In this document: positions 8,134-15,800 of the stretch, one piece after another
Layout of the letters: each line of letters opens with the position of its first letter
Position numbering within the stretch: position 1 is the stretch's first letter
NCBI GenBank assembly: GCA_949289995.1
Contig: CASEQE010000051.1
Location: 1-63,657 of the forward strand
Source of the DNA: an uncultured Peptococcaceae bacterium
GTDB lineage: Bacteria > Bacillota > Dehalobacteriia > UBA4068
DNA: 63,657 bases
Reading direction: 5' to 3'
Made by a program: the position numbers and the translations under genes
Notes under the pieces: generated by a model
What the model saw: the letters and a program-made list of their open reading frames with translations, nothing else
Database searches by the model: none
Told to the model about the DNA's origin: nothing

Positions 8134-9234
8134 CTAAGATGCAACCGTTTTACCGGAAGATATCATCATTTTACCTAAGCGTGGCCGCAAGCGTTGCAAG
8201 TGCAATCGCTTACTATGGGCGTAAGCGGAAACCAAACCGCCAGCCAATAAACCGCCATAGTAATTCACGCCCCGGCACAACAGCAAAGCCGGCACGACTA
8301 AGGCAGGACCAAAAACATGGCCGTACGCCAATAAATAGCTGGCTTCGGCAACGCCTGCCCCTCCAGGAATGGGCAACGATTCCAACGATAACGTCAAAAC
8401 GGTTTGTATGGCTAGCATCGCCGGTAAACTATATGCGTTTAATCCTAAAGCTTTATAAATCCAAAAAGGAACCGAATACAAAGCTAGCAAATGACCAGTG
8501 GTTATGGCAAATAACTTCAATAAAATCACCGGATGTTTTTTAATATAGCTGACACCTTTTTGATATTGATTGAATTGATTAATCATTTTTTGTTCCGTAG
8601 CGGCCTGGTCTTTGACGATTCGTAATTTTGCTAATATACGAATAGCCTTCTTCACCACGAGCGGAGCTATTTTTGGAGAGAATACCATAAACGTATATAC
8701 GGCTACGCATAAAGATTGAGCGGCTATACCATAAACCAGCAAATATTTGACCACACCCAAATCTTCAAGCAAGGTTTTGCCTCCCCAAAGCAAAGCACAG
8801 GTAATGATCGCCATGGCCGACAAATGATAGGCGACGTTAAACAGCAATACCGCCAACGACGAGCTACCCAAACCAATACCATCGCGTTTCATATAGTAAA
8901 GTTGCGACGGCTGTCCGCCGCAGCAACCAGGCGTAATAGAGCTAAAATAAAAATTAATCAGCGAATAACTATAGCAACGCCAGAATCCTGGGCGATAGTG
9001 CAAAGCTGCCAATAGAATATGCAAGCTAAAAGCCTCAAAAGCAAAGAAAGCCAACATCGCCAAAACAGCGGCGAGCAAATATACAGGTTGCAAAGACTGC
9101 AGCAACGGAAGCAATTGGGGTAAATCTTGACCACGAAATATAAAATAAAAGGTTATGGCCAAAATCGTCGCTATCGCAACAATGCCCAGGCATTGACGTT
9201 TTTTATTAACGACAAATCTTTCCATATCGTTCAT
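8134..9234 (-). CDS. LPG-synthase-TM / flippase-like (UPF0104) integral membrane protein
   Basis: 366 aa, polytopic, with FYFSSITPGCCGGQPSQLYYMKRDG and a C-terminal LPIPGGAGVAEASY motif typical of the MprF-flippase-like family. Start may be 9234 or the ATG 9 nt downstream. Confidence 0.75.
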   Translation of the reverse strand: MNDMERFVVNKKRQCLGIVAIATILAITFYFIFRGQDLPQLLPLLQSLQPVYLLAAVLAMLAFFAFEAFSLHILLAALHYRPGFWRCYSYSLINFYFSSITPGCCGGQPSQLYYMKRDGIGLGSSSLAVLLFNVAYHLSAMAIITCALLWGGKTLLEDLGVVKYLLVYGIAAQSLCVAVYTFMVFSPKIAPLVVKKAIRILAKLRIVKDQAATEQKMINQFNQYQKGVSYIKKHPVILLKLFAITTGHLLALYSVPFWIYKALGLNAYSLPAMLAIQTVLTLSLESLPIPGGAGVAEASYLLAYGHVFGPALVVPALLLCRGVNYYGGLLAGGLVSAYAHSKRLHLQRLRPRLGKMMISSGKTVAS

Positions 9235-9254
9235 CCTTTTTTTCGTACGTATAG

Positions 9255-9950
9255 CTATTGCAGCGGTAAAACGAATTGATAGCCCAAGGCTTGCATTTGC
9301 GGCACAAAACGTCTCACTGCTGCCAATGTGCGCTGAGGGGCGCCGGGGGCGCCACCGCTACCTTCTCCGGAATCATGCAAACAAATTAATGAACCTGGGC
9401 GACAACGATGGCGCAATTTGCCTAAGATTTGCTCTCCGGTGGTATTTTGCCGCCAATCCTGTGCCATAACCGTCCACAACAATAGATGTAAACGGCTTTT
9501 TCGTAATAAAAACAATAGGGATAAATTGATATAACCATGCGGCGGACGATAATATAAGGGACAGCAACCAATTTTATGCAAAACGTTTAACGCCTGATGT
9601 AAATCCTGCGATAACCGCCGGTAGGAAGCAAACAAGGTTTGCCGATGATTCCAACCATGCACCCCCACCATATGCCCTTGCGCTAACATTTCCCGAATCA
9701 ATTGTGGATTTCGTTCCGCTTTTTCCGCCAGAACAAAAAATGCGGCTTTGACCTGATACGTTTGTAAAATTTTTAACAATTCCCACGTATACCGCGGGTC
9801 TGGTCCATCATCAAACGTAAGAATGATTTGTTTTTTATTGCCGCGCAACGGCGTATTGCAACGGCAATATTTATAATAAAGGGTGGGAATCCCGGCGTAA
9901 ACCAACACCGCTATCAAAATTGCCACGCCAATCAACAGCAATATTTTCAT
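9255..9950 (-). CDS. Polysaccharide deacetylase family protein with N-terminal TM anchor
   Basis: ILTFDDGPDPRYTWELLKIL, VGVHGWNH and YYRPPHGY are NodB-domain motifs. The start ATG shares one base with the upstream stop (TAATG). Confidence 0.85.
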   Translation of the reverse strand: MKILLLIGVAILIAVLVYAGIPTLYYKYCRCNTPLRGNKKQIILTFDDGPDPRYTWELLKILQTYQVKAAFFVLAEKAERNPQLIREMLAQGHMVGVHGWNHRQTLFASYRRLSQDLHQALNVLHKIGCCPLYYRPPHGYINLSLLFLLRKSRLHLLLWTVMAQDWRQNTTGEQILGKLRHRCRPGSLICLHDSGEGSGGAPGAPQRTLAAVRRFVPQMQALGYQFVLPLQ

Positions 9951-11089
9951 TACGCTATCCTCTGTTTTGTCCTGCCGCTACGGGAACTGGCGCTCAGCTT
10001 GCTAAGGCAACGGCATAAAGCCTCTTGATCCAAACTGCGGCACAAGCGTTGCATATTTTCCCGAATTAAAGCCAATCCTTGATCGTCCATCAGAATCGCT
10101 GCAATTTGTTTTGCCGCCCCGTCCTGCTCCTGCAAAACATAGGCTAAGCCATTTTCTTGTAAAAAATGGGCATTACGGATTTCCTGCTCTAAAAAAGGTT
10201 GAAAAATAAGCAATGGCAGCTGGCTGTGAATGGCCTCAAACATGGTAATACCGCCGGCTTTGCTAATCAAAAGATCAGCCTGACGCATATAATCCACAAC
10301 TCGATCCGTGTAGCCGATTACGGAAATATGATCATACTTGCCGCTGAGCTTTTTTCGCAATTTTTCGTTTTTACCTACGATGATAGTGGTATGCACATTG
10401 GGCAACGAATTCAAATCTTGATAAAACTGGTTTTGTCGCGGCAACAAGCCTAAACCACCGCCCATAATTAATATCTCTTTTGTTTTTGCATCTTCTATCG
10501 CTTCCGTTGAAACCGTTTGCCCAAAGACGCTTTTCACTGGAATACCACTAATAAAAATCTGCTCCGGAGGCACACCCGCCTCCATCAAGCTCTCTTTTGT
10601 CTCATGCGCCCCCACCAAATAAATATCGGTACCAGGATTGATCCAAACATTATGGATACTTACGTCGGTAATACAAGTAATCAACGGAATGTTATCACCG
10701 CTTTGCCACTTATAATCCGCTACCAATTTAGCACATAAAGAATAAGTAGATATAATGACGTCCGGATTTATTTCTTGTATGGTTTTGCGTAACATATGAA
10801 CCATATGCCCTTTTTGCCATTGCAATTTATTACCGCCAGTTTTCTTTTTCTTCAAGAATTTACTATGAACGGCCTTTTTGTAGGCAAAATTATATAATTT
10901 ACTACCTTTACTAACCAAAGACATATAAGAACGATAAAACATTTCACAATACTCAGGATAGGCAATTTCATATATATCTTTCACCGTAATCTCCATATGC
11001 GGATCAAACGTTTGGATTTGTTCCGCTAAAGTCATAGCGGCGGAATAATGTCCCATACCAAATTTTCCGGTTAAAATCAAAATTTTCAT
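9950..11089 (-). CDS. MGDG-synthase / GT28-family glycosyltransferase (diacylglycerol glycosyltransferase-like)
   Basis: MKILILTGKFGMGHYSAAMTLAEQI N-terminus and C-terminal LISKAGGITMFEA motif. GGAAGGTG before the ATG. Confidence 0.8.
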   Translation of the reverse strand: MKILILTGKFGMGHYSAAMTLAEQIQTFDPHMEITVKDIYEIAYPEYCEMFYRSYMSLVSKGSKLYNFAYKKAVHSKFLKKKKTGGNKLQWQKGHMVHMLRKTIQEINPDVIISTYSLCAKLVADYKWQSGDNIPLITCITDVSIHNVWINPGTDIYLVGAHETKESLMEAGVPPEQIFISGIPVKSVFGQTVSTEAIEDAKTKEILIMGGGLGLLPRQNQFYQDLNSLPNVHTTIIVGKNEKLRKKLSGKYDHISVIGYTDRVVDYMRQADLLISKAGGITMFEAIHSQLPLLIFQPFLEQEIRNAHFLQENGLAYVLQEQDGAAKQIAAILMDDQGLALIRENMQRLCRSLDQEALCRCLSKLSASSRSGRTKQRIA

Positions 11090-11332
11090 AGTCGCACCTT
11101 CCTAGATAATGAAATACCAAATACGATTAAGCTTTTTTCTTGCCAATCCGTATGGTTTTATTCTAACGGGATGATTATTAAAAACAAAGCGGTAAAACAT
11201 TTAAGTTTTTATTAAAATCATAAATCTTGGCTATTTATCATCTTTTCTCAACAAAAATCCATAATGGAGACGCTTATCATGCTAAAAAAGTTCATCATTT
11301 TTTATTTTTTTATTTTATTTTATATAAAAGAA

Positions 11333-11353
11333 AAAAGCGGTTATACCGCTTTT
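11333..11353 (-). terminator. Intrinsic terminator after the radical SAM (AmrS-like) gene
   Basis: AAAAGCGGT-tat-ACCGCTTTT; on the minus strand it is followed by a T-run. Confidence 0.7.
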
Positions 11354-11385
11354 TCATAAAAATATCTAGGAATGTAAAAATCATA

Positions 11386-12207
11386 TTAACAGTTTCCGCA
11401 ATATACATATTTCAAATGCGCTCTAGCGACATCGGCTAAACGATAGATACGGGATATGGCGGTAGGCTGCCGGTCTTTCCACTGATAACGGGGGAAAAAA
11501 CGACTAAGATGAAGGGGTATATCTGGATCCAAAGAAGCCAACCAGGCGGCCATAGCATCTATATCCCCTTCCCGATCGTTTTCTTCAGGGATAATCAACG
11601 CGGTGATTTCCATATGGCTATGCCCGCAAGTCCAGGCGATATTCTGTTTAACGGTAGCGAAATCCCCACCGATTCGTTGGTAAAAATATGGATCAAATGC
11701 TTTTAAATCTATATTTACCGCATCGATAAACGGCAACAAGTTTTGCCAATAAGCAGGCTCGATCATACCATTGGTTACCAACACGGTATGCAGGCCGGCC
11801 TGGCGCGCCAACTTAGCGCAGTCCATTACATATTCATAACCTACCAAAGGTTCGTTATAGGTAAAGGCTAAACCGATATTGCCCTGGTTGCGAAGACGTA
11901 CTCCTTGTTCCGTCAACCGATCTGGACGAATAAACCTAGCGGGCGCCATCCTATCCATGGAAATGCTGTAGTTCTGACAAAATGGGCAACGTAGATTACA
12001 CCCATAACTACCCACAGAAAGCACATAGCCATTGGGATAAAAGCGGGCCAAAGGCTTTTTCCACAGTGGATCCAAAGCCAAAGCGGTCACTTGTCCATAA
12101 TTCGCGGCAACGATGCGCCCCTGTTGGTTTTTCCGGGCCAAACAAAAACCAATCTGTTCCGGCGCAAGCGCGCAATGTCGTGGACATAAAGGGCAAACGG
12201 CGATCAT
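11386..12207 (-). CDS. AmmeMemoRadiSam system radical SAM enzyme
   Basis: N-terminal CPLCPRHC and radical SAM CNLRCPFCQN motifs. ATGA overlap with the upstream gene (12204-12207). Confidence 0.8.
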   Translation of the reverse strand: MIAVCPLCPRHCALAPEQIGFCLARKNQQGRIVAANYGQVTALALDPLWKKPLARFYPNGYVLSVGSYGCNLRCPFCQNYSISMDRMAPARFIRPDRLTEQGVRLRNQGNIGLAFTYNEPLVGYEYVMDCAKLARQAGLHTVLVTNGMIEPAYWQNLLPFIDAVNIDLKAFDPYFYQRIGGDFATVKQNIAWTCGHSHMEITALIIPEENDREGDIDAMAAWLASLDPDIPLHLSRFFPRYQWKDRQPTAISRIYRLADVARAHLKYVYCGNC

Positions 12208-13589
12208 TGATGACGCACCACCTGAAACCGGCTTAGACGAATCGGCCGTCCCATAGGAATGCCGGCTTTTTGCCGGGCAATCGCGATTTGTTCTTCCACC
12301 GTTTCCACGCCAGGCAAATCTGGCAGCAATACGCCTTGGCGATAACCGTCGCCAACAATGACGCCATATTGCTTCACATCCAATTGCGATGGAGAATCTA
12401 TGGCTTCGATCGGCCCCAAAACGTCGACACTATACACGATATCCGCCAATTCTTCTTTCGTCACTGGCGAGAAACGAGGATCCTCCGTGGCGGCGGCAAT
12501 TCCATTATGACAAATCTCTGCCGCTATGCAGTTGGTTTGCGCTACCAGGGTACCTATACATCCCCTTAAGCGGCCAAATTTTTTTAAAGAAACAAAAACC
12601 CCTGCTTTTTCTTGCAACATTTCTTCTGGCAAATGGTTATTCAGGGGCAAAATCTCATTTTTTTTCACGTAGTGTTCAACGCATTGTCTTGCCCACGCCA
12701 CAAATGGATCCTCCGCGTCGTGCCGCGCCGCAACTTCCCGTCTTTGCGCTTCCAAATATTGGCTACCAAAACGGCGTTGCCGGTCTACCCCCGCCACACG
12801 ATAAAAAGCCGTTCCATATCCTACGCCAAACGGCCCTTGATAAGCAAAATGTCCGGCCGCCAAACGACAACTATCCAAAGCGCCGGCCATGATCCAGAAG
12901 GAACCCAAACCACATTGGCCGGCCTGCTCCATCCATTCTGGAGAAATATTTAACAACGACAGGAAATCCGCCTGACGCAAAGCCGCCATTACCTGCCGGT
13001 CAAAGGCTGGGCCCGCCGCATGATACCCATAGGGGCCATCCGCTTTTAATTTATGAGAGAGATCTCCGCTGGCAATCACGACAATACGGCGGCCTAACCT
13101 TTCGGCAGCCTGAGCCACAGCCTGACCAAAACGATAATGGGACAACGCATCTAAATTACTAATACCGACACGCACCAAACGATAAGCCGCGCCAGGCTGC
13201 CCATAAAAAAGCAAGGGTATTAACGTACCATGGTCCAAACTAGGATCTTTTTCGGCCAATCGATCTGCAGCCACGCCCAATTCCCCGGCGCAATTTTTGA
13301 TTTCAACAGCCAGCTCTTCGTCATAAGTGGTTTCCACACTGGCCTCCGGAGCGCCAAAGCGAGATAAATCGCCATACGCCCGCAGCCCCGGCGAAATATG
13401 AAAACAATCGCTATAACAAACGCTATGCGGACTAAACAAAACTACGGTTTCCGGATGCAAAGCCGCTGCATCGGCCATAGCTTGGCGCAAAGCATCGCCT
13501 ACGGCGGCAATTTTGCCTTCTTCCCCCTGGCCCACCGATGGAATAAGCAAAGGTGGATGTGGCGAAACCACTGCAGCTACCACAGACAT
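12204..13589 (-). CDS. Fusion protein: LigB/Memo-superfamily (class III extradiol dioxygenase-like) domain + AMMECR1 domain
   Basis: Trimmed to ATG 13587-13589 after GGGAGG. N-terminal half has SPHPP, LDHGT and ASGDLSH motifs. C-terminal half has GVFVSLKKFGRLRGCIGT, the AMMECR1 signature. Confidence 0.8.
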   Translation of the reverse strand: MSVVAAVVSPHPPLLIPSVGQGEEGKIAAVGDALRQAMADAAALHPETVVLFSPHSVCYSDCFHISPGLRAYGDLSRFGAPEASVETTYDEELAVEIKNCAGELGVAADRLAEKDPSLDHGTLIPLLFYGQPGAAYRLVRVGISNLDALSHYRFGQAVAQAAERLGRRIVVIASGDLSHKLKADGPYGYHAAGPAFDRQVMAALRQADFLSLLNISPEWMEQAGQCGLGSFWIMAGALDSCRLAAGHFAYQGPFGVGYGTAFYRVAGVDRQRRFGSQYLEAQRREVAARHDAEDPFVAWARQCVEHYVKKNEILPLNNHLPEEMLQEKAGVFVSLKKFGRLRGCIGTLVAQTNCIAAEICHNGIAAATEDPRFSPVTKEELADIVYSVDVLGPIEAIDSPSQLDVKQYGVIVGDGYRQGVLLPDLPGVETVEEQIAIARQKAGIPMGRPIRLSRFQVVRHQ

Positions 13590-13784
13590 ATGAATTCCTC
13601 CCATCGATAGCAAATTTTCCAATAGCTTCTCTACGCTGGCATTTTATTTATTATAACATATAGGCTGGGACTGGAACCAGCAAAAAAACATGACCCTCTT
13701 CCCTTTTCTCTTCCCCTACCCCTGGATCACTCCATTGCCACACGCTCTTCCGCAGCCTTATCTTGCGTTGCCAAAACAAACACA

Positions 13785-13813
13785 TTGACTTCATTTATTT
13801 TTTATGATAATAT
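13785..13813 (+). promoter_or_regulatory. Candidate sigma-A promoter (TTGACT-N17-TAATAT with TGn) heading a long leader
   Basis: TTGACT at 13785-13790 and TGaTAATAT with the hexamer at 13808-13813, counted by hand. The next credible CDS starts at 14140. Confidence 0.45.
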
Positions 13814-13974
13814 TCGGCCAAGAAACTAGACATAGAGCAAAAATTGCAGCAAACGCCGGCCTGGAAGCAATAATGGGAAAACCTAGCTTTTGGCTAAATC
13901 AGATAAGGAAAAAACATAAATTTACATATAGGCAAAAAATTCTGATCACAACTCAAAGAACGCCATTACCAGCG

Positions 13975-13998
13975 CCAATATCTAATGCCAATATCTAC
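13975..13998 (+). repeat. Tandem direct repeat GCCAATATCTA x2 (13-nt period)
   Basis: Exact 11-mers at 13975-13985 and 13988-13998 inside the leader upstream of the DMT transporter gene. Confidence 0.85.
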
Positions 13999-14139
13999 AG
14001 CAGGTTTTTATCAATAAACGGTATGCTTCCTTAATCGAGATGGGCAAAGCGTTTGATCTTCTAACAAGTCCCTGGCGTCAGCTATCATGGTAATCCATAA
14101 CAGTTTAGGACATCTTGTCGTTAAAAAAAGGATAGGTGC

Positions 14140-15009
14140 ATGCATATGGATTGTAAAAAACAATTTTCAGGAGGCTTTTTGGTGTTTATGGCTGCTTTAT
14201 GCTGGAGCACCAATGCGCCTCTGGTCAAATATATCTCTTTGGATCCGTTGTTGTTGGCAGGTATTCGTGCGTTAATCGCCGGTCTGTGTTTCGCCCCCTT
14301 TATTCCTTGGCGAAAGCTATATTGGAATCGATGGTTGCTTGTTTACAGTTTATCCTATTGCGCCTTATCTCTGATCCTGATGATTTGTTTAAAACTGACG
14401 TCCGCCGCTATTGCCGTCGGCATGCAGTACACCAGTTGCGTATGGCTATTTTTACTAGCGATTTGGCAAAAAAAACGTTTTCCGCCCAAAACTTATGCAG
14501 CTATTATCATCATTATTGCCGGCATTGTTCTATTTATGCTGGATGGCGGTGAAGAAAGCCATTTTTTTGGCAATTTACTAAGTATTGGCGAAGGACTGTT
14601 GTTTGCCGCTATTACATATAGCGCCAATCAGCTCAGGGATTACAATCCGCTAGCCGTCACCGCTATTGCCAATTTAACCTCGGCCATATTGATTTTTGCC
14701 TTTTTGCCGCCAAGCATAATGGATTTAGCGACGGTTTCCTTGCAGGATTGGCCGCTGCTGTTATTTTTAGGAGCCGTGCAAGTGGGCGGCGGTTATACGT
14801 TGTTTAATTTGGGAAGCCGCAGCATACGTCCGCAAAAAGCTTCCATCATCGCCTTATGGGAAATCATTCTTGGCCCAATTTGGGTGGCGTTGTTTTTGCA
14901 TGAGTATCCTGCCGCCAGCGTAGCCGCCGGCCTCATCGTCATCTTTACCGGCGTGCTGCTGTATATGACCAGCGACAGCGGCGAAAACCAACCCGCTGCT
15001 GGTCGTTGA
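14140..15009 (+). CDS. DMT superfamily (EamA-like) transporter
   Basis: 289 aa, about ten hydrophobic segments, two EamA-like halves. AAGGA 7 nt before the ATG. Confidence 0.8.
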   Translation: MHMDCKKQFSGGFLVFMAALCWSTNAPLVKYISLDPLLLAGIRALIAGLCFAPFIPWRKLYWNRWLLVYSLSYCALSLILMICLKLTSAAIAVGMQYTSCVWLFLLAIWQKKRFPPKTYAAIIIIIAGIVLFMLDGGEESHFFGNLLSIGEGLLFAAITYSANQLRDYNPLAVTAIANLTSAILIFAFLPPSIMDLATVSLQDWPLLLFLGAVQVGGGYTLFNLGSRSIRPQKASIIALWEIILGPIWVALFLHEYPAASVAAGLIVIFTGVLLYMTSDSGENQPAAGR

Positions 15010-15275
15010 CAGCGGCGAACCTCGAGAATTCCGCTTGTCGCTTGCCGCCTATTGTTTTTCTTCATCATCTTTATATAATGGGACAAAACGGATGTTACTT
15101 ATTTTTTATAAAAAATATGAAAATCAAACAAAAAACTGATGACAACCTGTCATATAGTGCAAACGATGGCTATATTCAACAAGACAAGTATGTAAAATTT
15201 TTTAATATACCATGAAAATATGACCTTTAAACAAATAGGAATTTTTTTTAACAAAAGAAGCTCCATAACGTTATA

Positions 15276-15304
15276 TTGACAAAAAAATAAATATCCTTTA
15301 TTAT
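15276..15304 (+). promoter_or_regulatory. Candidate sigma-A promoter TTGACA-N17-TATTAT for yhdT-panF
   Basis: TTGACA 15276-15281, TATTAT 15299-15304, spacer counted as 17. Confidence 0.55.
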
Positions 15305-15311
15305 GTATTAA

Positions 15312-15482
15312 TATCGGCCCCCTGGGAAGGTGGAAAAGTGCCCGGGGCCTTCGTTTTGTCCATGCGGCAAAGCAGCGGCAACAAATGTTAATCAAACTTT
15401 GCCGTAACTTGGCGAATCGCCGTTGCTTTTCCAAAAGCAAAACTGCTGTGGCGGCAAAAAAAATGAAAAAGAATGGTGAGCT
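15312..15482 (+). promoter_or_regulatory. Structured ~170-nt 5' leader of yhdT-panF (candidate cis-regulatory RNA, class unknown)
   Basis: GGCCCC...GGGGCC stem at 15316-15349. GGCAAAG (15366-15372) pairs with CTTTGCC (15397-15403). There are competing GCAGC/GCTGC and GTTGC pairings. I recognise no known riboswitch consensus. Confidence 0.3.
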
Positions 15483-15800
15483 ATGAAAAAGAGTCTTAAA
15501 GAAATTAATAAGCAGCTTAAAAAAGAAGCGCTGCTTACCGTCCTCCTGTATGTATTATTTTTCATCTGGTGGTACGCTACCGCCTACGGTTTTGCCGATT
15601 CCCCCATACGCGTGCTGGGATTGCCGTTATGGTTTTTCCTCAGCTGTATCGTCGGTTGGCCGTTATGCTGCATCGGCACAGTCATCTTGGTCAAGAAAGG
15701 GTTTAAACATATCGATCTGAGCCAATTTGAAGAAGATGAGCCAGATGAAACCGCGACGAAGCAAACGCGAAACGGCGGGGAGGAGGCAAACCATGAATAA
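15483..15800 (+). CDS. YhdT-family small membrane protein (DUF997), PanF partner
   Basis: 105 aa, two TM helices (LLTVLLYVLFFIWWYATAYGF, LWFFLSCIVGWPLCCIGTVILV), acidic tail. Overlaps the panF start by 8 nt. Confidence 0.75.
   Translation: MKKSLKEINKQLKKEALLTVLLYVLFFIWWYATAYGFADSPIRVLGLPLWFFLSCIVGWPLCCIGTVILVKKGFKHIDLSQFEEDEPDETATKQTRNGGEEANHE

Noticed and set aside
13930-13980. TPP-riboswitch-like fragments (CTGATC ... CCAGCG) in the DMT leader
   Set aside because: The CUGAGA element and the complementary CUGG partner of the TPP core are missing, and the spacing is wrong. Most likely coincidence.
13804-14034. 76-aa plus-strand ORF in the DMT leader
   Set aside because: Its ATG lies within the -10 region of the only plausible promoter. 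It has no SD, and the sequence is basic and low-complexity. More likely non-coding leader.
15727-15792. N-terminal extensions proposed by the ORF track, including panF 15727, GGGtGRT 3296, thrS 40412, yaaH-like 44583, tagA 19514, plsX 36317, dapB 28376, sbp 27191, dut 48710 and M16 50028
   Set aside because: In each case an internal ATG with a proper Shine-Dalgarno sequence coincides with the conserved family N-terminus. The extension overlaps an upstream gene, promoter or leader.
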